64,000 bases of DNA, from positions 4,175,648 to 4,239,647 of the forward strand of contig MU058718.1 of assembly GCA_013265495.1 (NCBI GenBank), read 5' to 3'. The notes under the pieces are model-generated. The model did not search any database and was not told the origin of the DNA. It was given only the letters and a program-made list of their open reading frames with translations. Every line of letters starts with the position of its first letter. Within the stretch, counting starts at the first letter, position 1. The stretch comes from Vicugna vicugna. Its lineage: Eukaryota. Shown here one piece after another: positions 10,391 through 22,350 of this stretch. Both the position numbers and the translations under genes were made by a program.

Positions 10391-12709
10391 AAATGCAGGC
10401 CCCCAGCCAGGGGTGGGAGAGGCAGTCTCCCCTTCCCAGGCGCTCCCTGCCCCAACCCACCACCGATGGGAGATTCCTAAAGGACTGCAACCTCCGTCCC
10501 GGGACAGGCTTGATACCTGGCTCCAGACCCCTGCTATCACCTGTTAAATGTGCTGTGGGGCCGCCAGCCTGGGTGGAGATGGCTGCTGTGATATCATAGC
10601 ACGTGCCGGACTCCAACCCCCTCCCCGCACAGCCCGGCCCGGGGTGAATGGTGACAGCAGAATGTGGGCCTGGCCTGCCAGTGCATCTGATCACTGCTTC
10701 TGGCAGAGGGTGGCAGTGGGCACAGGGAGGAGGGGGAAAGGAGGAGGAGAGTGGAAGCCAGGTGGGACCTGGGGACCCAAGGAGCAAGGAGGCGGCAGGA
10801 GGTGGGACCAGAGGGGAGCCGAGGCTCTAAGCCCAGTGCAAATGGTGTGCTCCATCGTCCCATCTGACTTCACTTGTAGAACACAAATGCAAAGATAATT
10901 ATTAAGATCTTCAAGACGGTGATCGCAGAGCATTAACCCCAAAGCACAGCGCTCCCTTTCTGACCTCAGGGCTCTACGTGTCTGCACTGGCAACAGGCCC
11001 ATGAAGCCGGCCCTGCTCAGAACTGACAGGAGGGTGCCTGGCCGCTCACAAGTGGTGGGGAGCAAATGAGGGGCAGGGGCAGATAATGCCAGGGTCTGTG
11101 CATCACTGAAAAGACTTTAGAAATGTGGTCTTTGTCCAGTGGGAAACCACCAGCCAGTTCCAAGAAGACGAGTGACATTTTAAGGCCGTACCAGCTGTGG
11201 CATGGGGAGTGTCGGGCCAGAATGAGTGGCAGTATGGCTGGCCAGTCCAGGCAAGAGGTGATGGGGACTTAAATTCTGGAAGAGGCCATGGAAAAGGAGA
11301 GAGGTGGTTGGATGGGAGACATTCTTGGGTCATAGGGTAGGTAAAAGAAATGGGAAAAGAAGAGCTCAAGGAGGTGAGAGTCCAGGGAGTGGGAGGGTTC
11401 AACCAGGCAGCTCTAAGCCTTGGAGAAGGGAGACCCAGACTGTGGGGTGGAGGGAGGGCCACAGACCCACCTATAGCCCTGGGCCCTGGGAACCTCAGGT
11501 CTGCAAACGGTGCGTGTCGGTTGCGTTGTTCTGGTGTCCGGGTGAACCAGGAATGAGCTGAGTTTCTCTCTGTCATCCTCAAAAGGGGTGCCCCTCCCGT
11601 CCAGTGTTTTCCACCAGACACTAGCCCCGAGACCTCAGCCTGTCCGCTCGCAGGACGTCTTGTCTGAGGAAGCCAGCAAAGGCTGAGGGGGCCTGTCCTT
11701 CCCTCCCATGTCCTGCAAGCTGGCCTTGCCTCCAAAAACCCACACACAAGAACGCGAACAAAGGCAGGCCCACGGGAGGGCCAGGGACCAGCAGGAGAGG
11801 GAAGAGCATTTACTTCTGTGAGGTCAGCCTGAACCTGGGTCATCTCCAGGACAGAGTGTGGCCTTGCTGCTGCCTGCACACCCCTGCCCTTCTCTGAGGT
11901 TCCGAGGACCCGCGGGGATGCAGGGCCCGGCTGGTCTCCTAAGCAGAGGGCTCGGGCTGGGTTTCTATTTGCATTCAAATATTAATGCCAAAGACATCTC
12001 AAGGTCTCCTGTTTGTAAACCAGTTAGAAGTTTCCAACAATAGAGGAAGAGGCACAGGGGAGAAGTCGGGGTGGGAAGACAGAGGGGTGAGGGAGGAGGA
12101 GAGAAAGGAGAGGCTTGCAGAGCTGAGAGCCTTGTGGGATCCCTGACCTGGCCATCCAGGCTTCTGGCGGCTGTTGGCTTCAGAGAAGTGGCCCCGGGAA
12201 GCTATGAGCTGGGAGAGCCTTCTGATGGGCTTTGCTGATGCTCTTGGGGAATGGGAGGAAGTGTGGTCCTGGCTTAACCTGTTGGTCTCTCTTCCATCTT
12301 TATTAAAAGCCGTCATTTTCTCCCTCCCTAGTGGCAAGTTTAGTGGAAGGAAATTCAACTAAAAGTAATGTCTTAAACCTGTTAACTTGGAATGCCCAGA
12401 AGGCAAAGGAGCCTGCTGAAGACAGAAAACACTTAGCTTTATGCTTGCTGACTGGGCCAGAGAAAACCCTCCCCTTCAGGTTACTGAGCTGCTGTCATTG
12501 TTCTCCGGCATTTGCACAGGGCGCTCAGGACAGTCCTTTAACCGAGGACAGACAGCCCGACGGGCTCCAGCTTCTCCCAGCTTGCCTGCAGGAAGTGAGT
12601 AAGGACTCCAGGGAAAAATATGTTTGGGAAGCATTGGGTTTAAAGAAAAAGGGGTTTCTTTACTCTGTAGAGCCTTAGGTATACAAGTGTGCAATGTGGT
12701 TCTCCAAGA

Positions 12710-13205
12710 AGGGTGTGCTAGACTTCTCTGATTTCCTACTCAATACCCTTCCCTGGCCCACTTCTTAGCTCAAATAATCTGGAGTTTGTTTGGTTACGAT
12801 ACCTGCGTGCTTCGTGGGCTCCGCTCCATGGGGAGTCATGCTGGTTGGTCTGAACTGTTCCCCAGATGGTGTTTGCTTTAAGTGTGCGCATGTGATGCAG
12901 CCCCGCCCACGGGCTGTAAGGCACATCAGGCCCGGGGACTTCCAGGAAGGTGTTCCTTGCTCTCCAAACAACACTAGAAGACTGCTTGCCTCTTCCTGTC
13001 TTTGGACATTATCACGTGAAGACGTGAGCTTGGAGCTATTGCAGTCGTGTTGGGATCACTAGGGGAAAGCCGAGAGCATCCGGAGATGCTGATCTCCATC
13101 CCTTGATGGTTATTAAGCCCTTGTGTTAACTCTTTGGGTTTGTTTCCTCCTTGTTCAGGCGATGAGTGTCCTGTGTTTTTCAGCTCTTAGCATCCGAAAA
13201 CCAAA
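12710..13205 (+). mobile_element. Old MaLR LTR (MLT1K-like)
   Basis: gcatgtgatgcag...ttccaggaaggt...ctttggacattatcacgtgaagacgtgagcttggagctattgcagtc. Confidence 0.55.
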
Positions 13206-14244
13206 AGGGGACACAACATGGAGACATTCCCAAATTTTTTTGACCACAGATGGTCCCTCCAACTGGTGCTTACTGAGGACACTGTGGGGAAGGCCACTGG
13301 GGCGGGGACACACAGCTGGGACTCAGAAGCTCCAGTTCTACTTCGGGTTCTGACAGTCACATGATCTCCTGGGCCTCATGCCCAGCTCTACGAAAAGACT
13401 ACCTAAGTCAAGTGTCTGAGACTCTGCCAGGCACACAGTAGGTGTGTCATAAATCGCTGTTGTTAATAAAATGGGGGTGGAGGAGGAAGAGGAGGAAAGG
13501 AATAGTCCAGTTTCAAATCTCATTTCTGCCTAAAAGTTTTAACCATTCCCAAAGTAAAACCTGTGTTCTCTGGCCCCATACCAGCTTATAGCACCCTCTA
13601 GCCCTCCACTCAGTGGCAGCAGATAAAATAGACACTATAGATGTCCTAGGTGAGCACCCTGGCTCTCGGGTCCCCAGTCCCCAACTCTTCTGCCAAAGTA
13701 GCCCAGGATCTGCTGGGCGGCGCTGCCTGGAGACAGTGTCCCTCCATGCAGGCTGATGGCTCCAGGACACTCGCTCTGTCTCTCTTGTCCACTGGGACGT
13801 TTCATTTGTGTGTATGTGTCACATCCCTAGGGAAGGAGGATCTTCCCTCCTGTGTCTTCATCCCTGATGCCGGCAGAGGTCAGCAGTCCAGCCAACCCAA
13901 ACTGCAGGGAAGGGGCGACAGTCCGGCCATTGCTCTAGACCTATGTGTTGATATCGGATCTCGGGCTCCACTCACACTATCTAACGTGCCTGTGAGGGTC
14001 GCAAAAGTGTTCCCAGCTCTGTGACCAACAATGTAACCAGGCTTCACCCTCACAGTTAGAAACCAGGTGATGACTGTGGAGCGTGACCTTAAAAGAACCT
14101 GGTGTTTGCCTTTCTTCCGGGCACTGTTCACGCTCGTGAGAGCATCGGCCAGGACGTGCGCGGGCACCGTTATGGAAGGATGATGGGGAGACTGGGGCTG
14201 TGCTCTGTGTGGTTTGGGCCGATGGACAGCACAGAGAGGGACTG

Positions 14245-14246
<2 letters not shown>

Positions 14247-14282
<36 letters not shown>

Positions 14283-14315
14283 TGTGTGCGCGCGTGCAAG
14301 TGCGCTTGCGCGTGC
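14247..14315. repeat. (TG)16 microsatellite followed by TG/CG alternating tract
   Basis: Read directly: 14247-14278 pure TG, then tttgtgtgtgcgcgcgtgcaagtgcgcttgcgcgtg. Confidence 0.95.
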
Positions 14316-14369
14316 CACACCCAGGCATGTCACGGCTCAATAGAAAACACATCATGGCGAGAGAGAGGT

Positions 14370-14505
14370 AGACCAGGCAAGTATTATTACTCCTCTTTCA
14401 CAGACCATGAGGCGGTGGTTCAGTGAGGTATGGGAACTGCCCGTGGGGGCAGGGCAGCCAGCGGCAGAGCGGATTGTGAGAACAGGCCTCTGGCTCCCAG
14501 GCCAT
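14370..14505 (-). mobile_element. MIR fragment
   Basis: tattattactcctctttcacaga...gaggc...tcagtgaggt...aactgccc...caggcctctggctcc. Confidence 0.6.
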
Positions 14506-15049
14506 CTCTCTCCCACCCGGTGAAGAACACATCAGGTGTTCAGCAATAAACAGTGCACCTGCTGTTCAAACATGGGGGAGGCAGTTACATGGAGAAGCTT
14601 TACTACTGCAGCCTGGGGCTCCGAGCCCACCAGGAACACCAGGCCCTGCTGGCCTCACTCCTTCCACCCACCCCCTCTCTGAGGAGGGAGGAGCCGACAC
14701 CACGAGGCCAGGTTCTCAGGAGAAAAGCAGAGCTGCATCACCCGAGGTGGGGGGAGGCAGGGGGCCCAGGCCTCTCAGGACCACCTCCCGTGGGGCTGAG
14801 CCCCAGCAGAGAAGAGAGCAGGGAGAGGTGTCAAGACAGGCGATGGGACCGTGAGAAAGAAAGGGGTGCTCCCCTGACTTTGGGAAAACTTGGGGATTGC
14901 AATTCCCTATTGGGCAATGCTTTGGATACAGCAGTTCTTAGTGACTGGATTGTGGGAGTCCTAACTTGTGAGTGTTACTCCGGGGAATACTGGATGGGTG
15001 TGTGTTGGTCTGGGAAGGCTTCCTGGAAGACCGAGTTGTAAAGTTGTAT

Positions 15050-15160
15050 TCTTTTCTGAAGTGCACAGGAATCACCTGGGGTCTGATCTAGTAGGGCAGG
15101 GGGTGGGGCCTGTGAGTCCGCATTTCCTACAAACTCCCAGGTGATGATGAAGCTTTGAGT
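15050..15160. mobile_element. MER5A-like hAT fragment
   Basis: gaatcacctggg...ggggtggggcctg...gcatttcctacaaactcccaggtgatg. Confidence 0.7.
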
Positions 15161-15178
15161 CAGAATAGTTACCAATAC

Positions 15179-15957
15179 TGTTACCAGCTGACCTTGGACC
15201 TGCTCGCCCCCACCCCCTTACCCTCCTCTGCAGCAAAGCCCATCTACTGCCTTGGGGTTGTGGGAAAGATCAGCAACTCCTGCAGGGCGCCAGGCAGGGA
15301 CAATGGGCAGCTCATGCTCAAAAGACCCTGAATTCCCCAGTGGCTTTCAGGGAAGCGCTTTTAAAGGCAGCACTGGGGCTGAGGGTTGCAGGGTGCGTGA
15401 TCAGCTCATGGACTTTCTTCTGATTGGCTGGTGGTGAGGTAACAGGGTGATGTTCCAGGAGTCTTAATCATCAGCCTTCTGGTTCCAGTCAGTCTGGGGT
15501 CTTTGTGCTTATGGTCCGCAGTGGGTCACCATCCTTCACTTGGGTGGGGGGCTTAGTTTCTGGAGAAGAACTCAAAGATTTGTGTCAGGTTGCTAGGGAT
15601 GTCCCTTGAGGGGAAACTGGGATTCTGCCTTATGGCTGAGCCATTATCTAAGCTGTCGTTGCTTTTCTTGCTTGGCTGCTTTTACTTCGCTTCTCTGCTC
15701 GTGCCTGCTCTTTGGAACTCAGGGAAGGCCCAGGAGACTGTAAAGCCTCTTTCTACAAATGAGAAATGGAGAGCACGAAGGGGCTTTTGTACCCGGGAGG
15801 GCCCCGCAGGGTCCTATTTGGTTTCAGTCCCCCCTTTTCTTTGCTACTTCTCAGTCCTGAGGGGAATAGGGATGGGACAAGAGAGGGAATGAAGTTTGGG
15901 ATGGAGAAATTAATCAAACGTGGCAGGGGAACTCAGTTTTAGGGGGACTTGGTTTCA
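15179..15957 (-). mobile_element. ERV1-class (MER4-group-like) solo LTR, copy 1
   Basis: TG...CA termini; collinear along its length with 47125-47865; minus-strand TATA-like TTTAAAA. Confidence 0.85.
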
Positions 15958-16224
15958 TAACCTCATGAAAAAGAGGAGTCCTTCAGAGAGGACATTCCTG
16001 GAAACAGACAAGATATCGCAAAGGTCCAAGATGAGAAAGAAGCACCTTAGAGAGCAGGGTGTGTGGGGAGGGGGCGGTGAAGCAAGAGAGGTGGTTAGGA
16101 CCTCCGCTAAAGAAGGCAGCAGATGCAGGAAGGGCCTGGTAAAGTGAGCGAGGAGCTTGGATTCCTTCCGTGAGTCACACTTTTTCTCAGGTCGGATCCC
16201 CTGACTTGCCCCTAATCCCTTAAC

Positions 16225-16360
16225 TAAGAATGTGGAGAATGTACATCCTTAGGCTTCATCCAGCACATCCTGGATTTACCGGGCCTCGAGAAGGGCTAAA
16301 ATCCACATTTTTAAGACGCTCTCAAGGTGATTCAGATGCCAACTGAAGTTTGATAACTTG
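16225..16360. mobile_element. MER5-like fragment
   Basis: aatccacatttttaagacgctctcaaggtgattcagatg...aagtttgataac. Confidence 0.5.
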
Positions 16361-16369
16361 TGTTGGACG

Positions 16370-16760
16370 ATTAAAGGATTTCCTTCAGGGGAGGGACAAG
16401 CTGGGATTTGTATTTCTGGTAGATCCCCTGAGAACCAGAGGACAGGCAGGGGGAAGGGAGGCTGGGGAAGGGCTGATGTGGTTGTCAAGCCCGAGAAGCT
16501 GAGGCCTGGGACCAGGATCCTGGCAATAGGAATGGAAGAGGAGGGTGAGTTCAAATATTCATGGGTGACCCATCTGTGAGTTACTGGTAGATTCCCAGTC
16601 AGGGATGTCCAGGGATAAGAGAGACGGTAGGTTTGATATTAGACCTGCCAAGTTTGGGGGACATCCAGGAAGAGAAGTCTATCAGGCAATTGGATTTCAG
16701 AGTCTGAAGTTCAGTTCAAGGGCCAGGTCTGGACATAGACTTGAAAGTCAATAGCTTGTA
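16370..16760 (-). mobile_element. L2 fragments
   Basis: ggatttgtatttctggtagatcccctg; ggacatccagga...aggcaattggatttcagagtctgaagttcag. Confidence 0.6.
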
Positions 16761-17714
16761 GTGCATTTACCATTAACCATCACCGTGAACTACATGTTGG
16801 CAACAGTAGGCTTTTCAGACTTTCCCAGGGGAAAAACAGTCTGAGTTCTGATTTTGCCAGGAGTCAATGTTGTCATCAACGATGATGCTGATACAAGCAT
16901 GTACAGAGGGCAGACCCTTGCTGGAGAGTCTTGAGCACAGAGGAACATAAGTTCTCTCCTCTTTCAAGTGGGGAGTCTAACCTCCCAGAATCGGCCTGGG
17001 AGATAAAGGAACGCCATAAAAGGATCTATCACATCCATCTTTCTGCTGTGATTTGACCTTGTACTGCACATTTTCAGACTCCAAGGGCAAATCATGCCAA
17101 ATCTGACAGCATCAGCTCTCTTTAGTTTCTCACTTCCTTCACTTCCGGGGCACTGTGCTAGGTTCCAGTCCTGAAGGCGCCCACCGTCAGCTGGGTGAGA
17201 CATGCAAGGAGTTGAATATCTGTGGAGCCCTGTGTTGAGTGCACAGAAATCTAAATGAAACTGGGTTTTTAGGGAAGGCTTACTGGAAGAGGTGACATCT
17301 GTTAGGTTTTGAAGGTGGAGTAGACCTTGGGTAGATGAGGACTGGAGGTGGGGAGAAGAAACAGTCTAAGAAGAAGGAACAGGCACCCGATCATGAACTA
17401 GGACGCGGTCAGGAAGCAACGGGTAATCAGGTAGGGCTGGAGCAAAGGGCATGTGTGGGACAGAGACTGGAAACGAGCCTAAGTGGGGATGGGCACAGAG
17501 CCTGTGAGGAGGGGCCAGCTCTTCATGTAAAGATTTGGAATTGAAAATAATCTTAAAAACGCTCAGGGGCCATTTGTCTAACTGTAACAGCTGGCTGTGG
17601 GTTGCTCAGTGAGGAACAGGAGGCTTTTGCAGTGATCACTCAGGCATGAGGGGGACTTGAACCAAGACAGCACAGGCTCAAGTGTCCGCTCTTCCTGATG
17701 GCCCAACCCCCAGA

Positions 17715-18165
17715 TGTGTCTCCACTCTCTCTCTCCCCTCCCCCAGTCAGCAGTCAAATAAGCCACCTTCTCTGGGTCCTGGGCTCCGCAGCCCCAGACC
17801 GGTCTTGCTGCTTCCACGTTGGTACGTCACATCCTGATCCCTGCAGGGCAACCAGAGTGACCTTTTAACAATATAAGTTGTATCATGTCCCTCCTCTGCT
17901 TAAAACCCTTCAGTGGCTTTCCACTGAGTGCTCCGGGAATAAAATGTGACCTCCTTACCCTAGCACATTTGATCTGGCCCTTCCTACTTGTCCCAGCCAC
18001 ACACTCTGTCATTGTCGGCACTCCTAACACGTGGCCCTTCTTTCTTGCCCTTAAACATGCCCCGCTCATCTCCATTTAGAGCTTCTGTGCTGCTCTTCCT
18101 CCTGCCTGGATCTGCACCCACCTGGCCGTTCTTGCCTTTCCAGTTGTAAGTTAAATACCACTGCC
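17715..18165 (+). mobile_element. L2 fragment
   Basis: gcaaccagagtgaccttttaa...tcatgtccctcctctgcttaaaacccttcagtggctttcca, a classic L2a motif. Confidence 0.85.
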
Positions 18166-19134
18166 CACGGGAGAGGATAGAGAAGCAGTTCACCATGGAG
18201 CAGAGGAGGGCAACCCAAAGGAAGGAGTGGTCAGGGAAGGCTGCAGTGGGGAACAAGTGTGGGGGGGGGGCGGGGCACGAGGTGTCAGAGAGCAGTGAGG
18301 GGCCGAGTCAGGCAGAGCACAGATGAGGCTTTCCCTCTGGGCAGAAGTGACAGATGACTCGGGTGAGATCATGAGGAGAGTTAACCAGCCTCAAGCTTTT
18401 GGCCAGCCTGGAGGTATAAAAATTTGGTTTTCCTGCCAACACATCGAGAGGATAGATGATATTTGCTGTTGGGAGTAGACAGAGCCATCCGAGGATCTGC
18501 GCAGGATTCCAAAAGAAAGGTGAAAGGATTCAGATGGGGCGTGGTTAGGTCCAGATCAGTAAACACTCAGCTGGCCTGCTGGTCTTGGCACAGAAACAGC
18601 CCCTGTGAGCAGAGACGGGCAGAGCGGGCAGGCTGAGTCCTGGGTGGGGGAGGGCAGGGCTCGCCTCGACCTCGTCCTCTGCAAAGCTTGGCTCTATATG
18701 AAGGGTTGGCATGGCTGGTTGGAGTCACCTGTATGGGACAGGTACCCTAGTAATCTGTGGAAAGGTGAACTGGCTTTTCAAATCCTTCGAAATAATGTAT
18801 TATTCTTCTTTCATATTATAGAAGTAAAACATGTTTAACATAAAAACTTTGTTTTCAAATCACCAAAGCGAGAAGGCCTTCCATCCCATGCCTCTCATCC
18901 CTGGCTCCTTCTACATGCAAAACAATGAACAGGAGTAAGAGATACGTCCTTAACATACTATTAAGTTCTCGTTTTAATAATGCAGTCACAGTCTCCCTGG
19001 GCTCTTCTATTTCTTGCCCTGAATCTCAAGTCAAATGGAACCAAGCAAAGAACGGGGGAGAGAACCAAACAACAGAGCCCTTCAAGCGCTGCTGGTCTGT
19101 TACTCAAACTGAAAGGTGTTCATTAAGCTCTGAC

Positions 19135-19670
19135 CCATTGGTCAGGATCGCTTTGATTACAAGTGACTGAAACCCAAGGTAAGCTGGTTTAGGCAGAGAA
19201 GGAAATTTAGTGGTTTATACAAATAAGAAAAGGAGAAGTCCGGAGGGTCAGCTCAATCAGCTGCTTAAATGATGCTGGCAAGACTCTCTCCCCCCAGGGA
19301 TCCCCCTTCTCAGCTCTGATTTTCCAGCGTCAGCTTTATCTCAGGCAGGACTTCCCTAATTAGCAACCCCCAGGGACTCTAGGCTCGCTTCCTAGGACTT
19401 AGTAGCACAGGAAAAAGATCCTTTTCTCCTTAGGAGGAATTCTGAGGTATGGTTCTCATTGGTTGTGTTTGGGTCACATGCTCGTCCCTGAACCAGTCAC
19501 AACCAGGAGGATGCAGTGCTCTCATTGGCCAGACCAGGATCACATGCCCGCCTCTGAAGTAGCTGTGGTGGCATCAGTCCCACACAAGCCACACAGAAAT
19601 GAAAACTACCATTACCACAGGTAGGGGTGTGGCAGGCAGGGCTGATGCCAGCAACAGGTTGCTGCTAACA
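19135..19670 (-). mobile_element. MaLR LTR (MLT1K-like)
   Basis: gattacaagtgactgaaaccca start; ctcattgg...ttgggtcacatgctcgtccctgaaccagtcac. Confidence 0.75.
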
Positions 19671-19858
19671 CAGGCCGGCTTCACCGTGTGACCCGTGCAG
19701 CTACACAGGCCTAGTGCTTAGAAGGACCCCGTGCTTAGTTTAACACTCTGCTGTCACTTGAAATACTTAATTATTTTTGAAGTAGGGGTCCCGCAGAGAC
19801 TGTGACTGTGCATTTTTTCATTCTTCACTGGATCCTGCAAACTGTGCTGCGAATCTTG
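19671..19858 (+). mobile_element. MER45A-like hAT-Tip100 element
   Basis: caggccggcttca...gtgcag...acagg...agaaggacccc...ctctgctgtcacttgaaatacttaattatttttgaa. Confidence 0.8.
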
Positions 19859-20650
19859 CTGCTCCACTACTGTGTGGAGTGGGAAGGCTTCCAGAAACAT
19901 GCAAGACATGGTCCCCTCAGAGGCAAGGAAACCCAGGGCACATTTGGGAAGTAGCAGGCAATCTGTGCTGGTTGAAACCTGTAAGGAAATAGTGGAAACC
20001 TCATTCATTCACTTACTTATTCATTTAAAACTTTTTAAGGGGGGAGTCCTGCTACTTCTAAGGAGCAGGAGAACAAATGACTCTCAAGACCCTCCCAGAA
20101 GCTCAGTCTGCTGGGACGGGAGGTACGTGCACAGAAACAGCACAGCAAAGTAAGGGTTGGGGTTAAAAAAAGGCACAGACAGCTCCTGGAGCACAGAGAG
20201 GACACCACCGCTCAGCCTGGTGTACGATCAATGTGGTCCCAGTTGGGGAGGCATATGATTAATTGACCAATAGAAACCACGCTCAAAACAGGTTAAGCTT
20301 CTTGGTTGGCACCTGATAGGGAAACTCATGGAGATGGTTCCACAGAGCAGCAGACATCATGTAACATGCTTCCAGATCAAGCTGTGGATGAGCCACCATG
20401 TGGGGTTGGGGTGCATGACACCCCAGGAACACCATCGTCCCCCAGCCCCTAACCCAACCACTGAGTATCCTTCAAACCAGACGATTCTTGCAATCCAGTG
20501 CCAGACCTCAGTGACGTTTGCAGTTAAAATGTTTGCAGTTATCAACTCAGCAGGTAAAATCTTGTACAGACCACGGTGAACCACTTGAATGACCCAATAA
20601 GGAGACAACATTGAAACAAGTGAAACCCTGCAACCCCTGGACTTCACGTC

Positions 20651-20706
20651 TATGAACCATCATGTATATGAACTATCATGTATACGAACTATCATGTATA
20701 CGAACC
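20651..20706. repeat. 16-bp minisatellite, 3.5 copies
   Basis: TATGAACCATCATGTA TATGAACTATCATGTA TACGAACTATCATGTA TACGAACC. Confidence 0.95.
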
Positions 20707-21339
20707 CTGCTTTAACAAAAGAATGACTTAGCCCCATACACTTGTTTCTTTTACAGAGAGTTTGGGCACCGACAGACTCACACTGGGCGATGTGACGTTT
20801 ACCTAGCACGCGCGACTCTGTCTCTTTCCAGAAATATCATGGCCTTCGGCTTTTCACAGACTCATCTCATTCCAGTTAGCTGTGATCACTGTTTTCTCAA
20901 AAAAATACAATAAGCTAAAAAAAATTAAATTAAACTTGCTCCAAAAATAAAATTAAAACAGGGTCCCTGCCCTCAAGAAACTAACATTCTATTTTGAAAA
21001 CGAGATCCAACATACACAGAACATACAGTGAAAAGAACAAGGCAGCACGCGATTGTAAGAGGCAGTTCTGTCTTGGAGTTGGGCGACACCCTTCCTTCCT
21101 GACAATTCTTTAAGTGCGCTGAGTTACTTGGGAGCTGAGAAGTTTCCTCTGAAAAGAAAACTTGAATTTGGTCCCCAGTTGGGTTCAGATACATACAAGT
21201 GTGTTGCGGGGAAGGGCACACCTGACGGTGCAGTGCTGGGGAGGTGACTGAGCGTCCAGCTGCCAAGGGAGGGATGGTGAGTGAGGGCCAGGTCACTCCT
21301 GGACCAACATTAGAGCTCCTGGAAGCAACCAGTAAAGGC

Positions 21340-21670
21340 TTCAGAACAACAAAACTTAGTGACTCAGAACAACAATCATTTTATTCGTATCACTTGTGGT
21401 TCTAGGGGTTGACTGGGCAGTTCTTGCTTAGTTTCTGATCTCCGATTTCTGTGGTTACAGTCAGATTGTGGCTAAACCTGGAGTCAGCTTCTATGCCAAC
21501 TGTTGGCTTACACCTCTGCTGGGGCTTTCCGCCAAGACACACCCTGCCGTGTGGCCAGGCACCCTCACAGTGTTGCTTCCAAGATCGCCCTGCCCAAGCT
21601 TCTGAAGGCTTGCAGCATCTCTCACCTGTGTTTTTTAAGTCAGGCAGTTTCAGAGAGGTATGTCAGAGAA
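21340..21670 (-). mobile_element. MLT1 fragment
   Basis: caaaacttagtgactcagaacaacaatcatttt...gttgactgggcagttcttgct. Confidence 0.65.
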
Positions 21671-21695
21671 CTCAGGACAGAAACACTAAGTTTTT

Positions 21696-21852
21696 GGGGG
21701 TTTTTTTTGGAGGGGGAGAGGTAATTACGTTGTTTATTATTATTATTATTACTATTATTATTATGATTTTAATGGAGGTACTGGGGATTAAACTCAGTAC
21801 CTCATGCATGCTAAGCACATACTCTGCCACTGAGCTATATGCACCCCCTCAC
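21696..21852 (-). mobile_element. tRNA-derived SINE (Vic-1-like, camelid)
   Basis: atggaggtactggggattaaactcagtacctcatgcatgctaagcacatactctgccactgagctata; (TTA)n linker; 18-bp TSD cagaaacact(a/c)agttttt (21678-21695, 21853-21870). Confidence 0.9.
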
Positions 21853-21879
21853 CAGAAACACTCAGTTTTTTTAGTGTGA

Positions 21880-22350
21880 AGTGTATTACATGAATTCCCT
21901 CATTTAATTCTCACAACAGCTATGAAGACCGTTAAAAATTTTTGTTTATTTTCCAATTTTATTTTCTAATGCTTTTCCATATACATACAAAATTTTGCAG
22001 TAATTCCTCCTTAGACTCCTTATCATTGTATATTCTACTTTTTTCTTTTTTAACCTAAGCTCAATATCATAGTCATTTCCACTACTGAATCATCTTCAGA
22101 ATTTTTGCTGACAGTATAATACTCCAAAATTTGAGGGAGCTAACAAATTATTATTTTCATCTTCCTGATAAATGTTTTGTTCAACTACTGACTCTTTGGG
22201 TTTCTACTATTAAAGATACTCATAAATTTATATATAAAGCATAAGACCATTTTATATACAGGGAACCAGGCACAGAGGAAACTGAGATTCAGAGACAGCC
22301 AGTGACTTGCTCCAGATCACACAGCCCTCCAGCTCCAATGCCTCTGTGCT
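21880..22350 (-). mobile_element. MIR split by an AT-rich old L1-like fragment (~21930-22240)
   Basis: catttaattctcacaacagctatga on the left and gaggaaactgagattcagaga...gtgacttgctccagatcacacagc on the right. Confidence 0.55.

Noticed and set aside
11103..11978. 291-aa minus ORF, the longest in the window
   Set aside because: No recognisable domain; Pro/Ser/Arg/Trp-rich composition typical of chance ORFs in GC-rich DNA.
20651..20706. CRISPR-like array
   Set aside because: Head-to-tail 16-mers with no spacers in mammalian DNA; a minisatellite.
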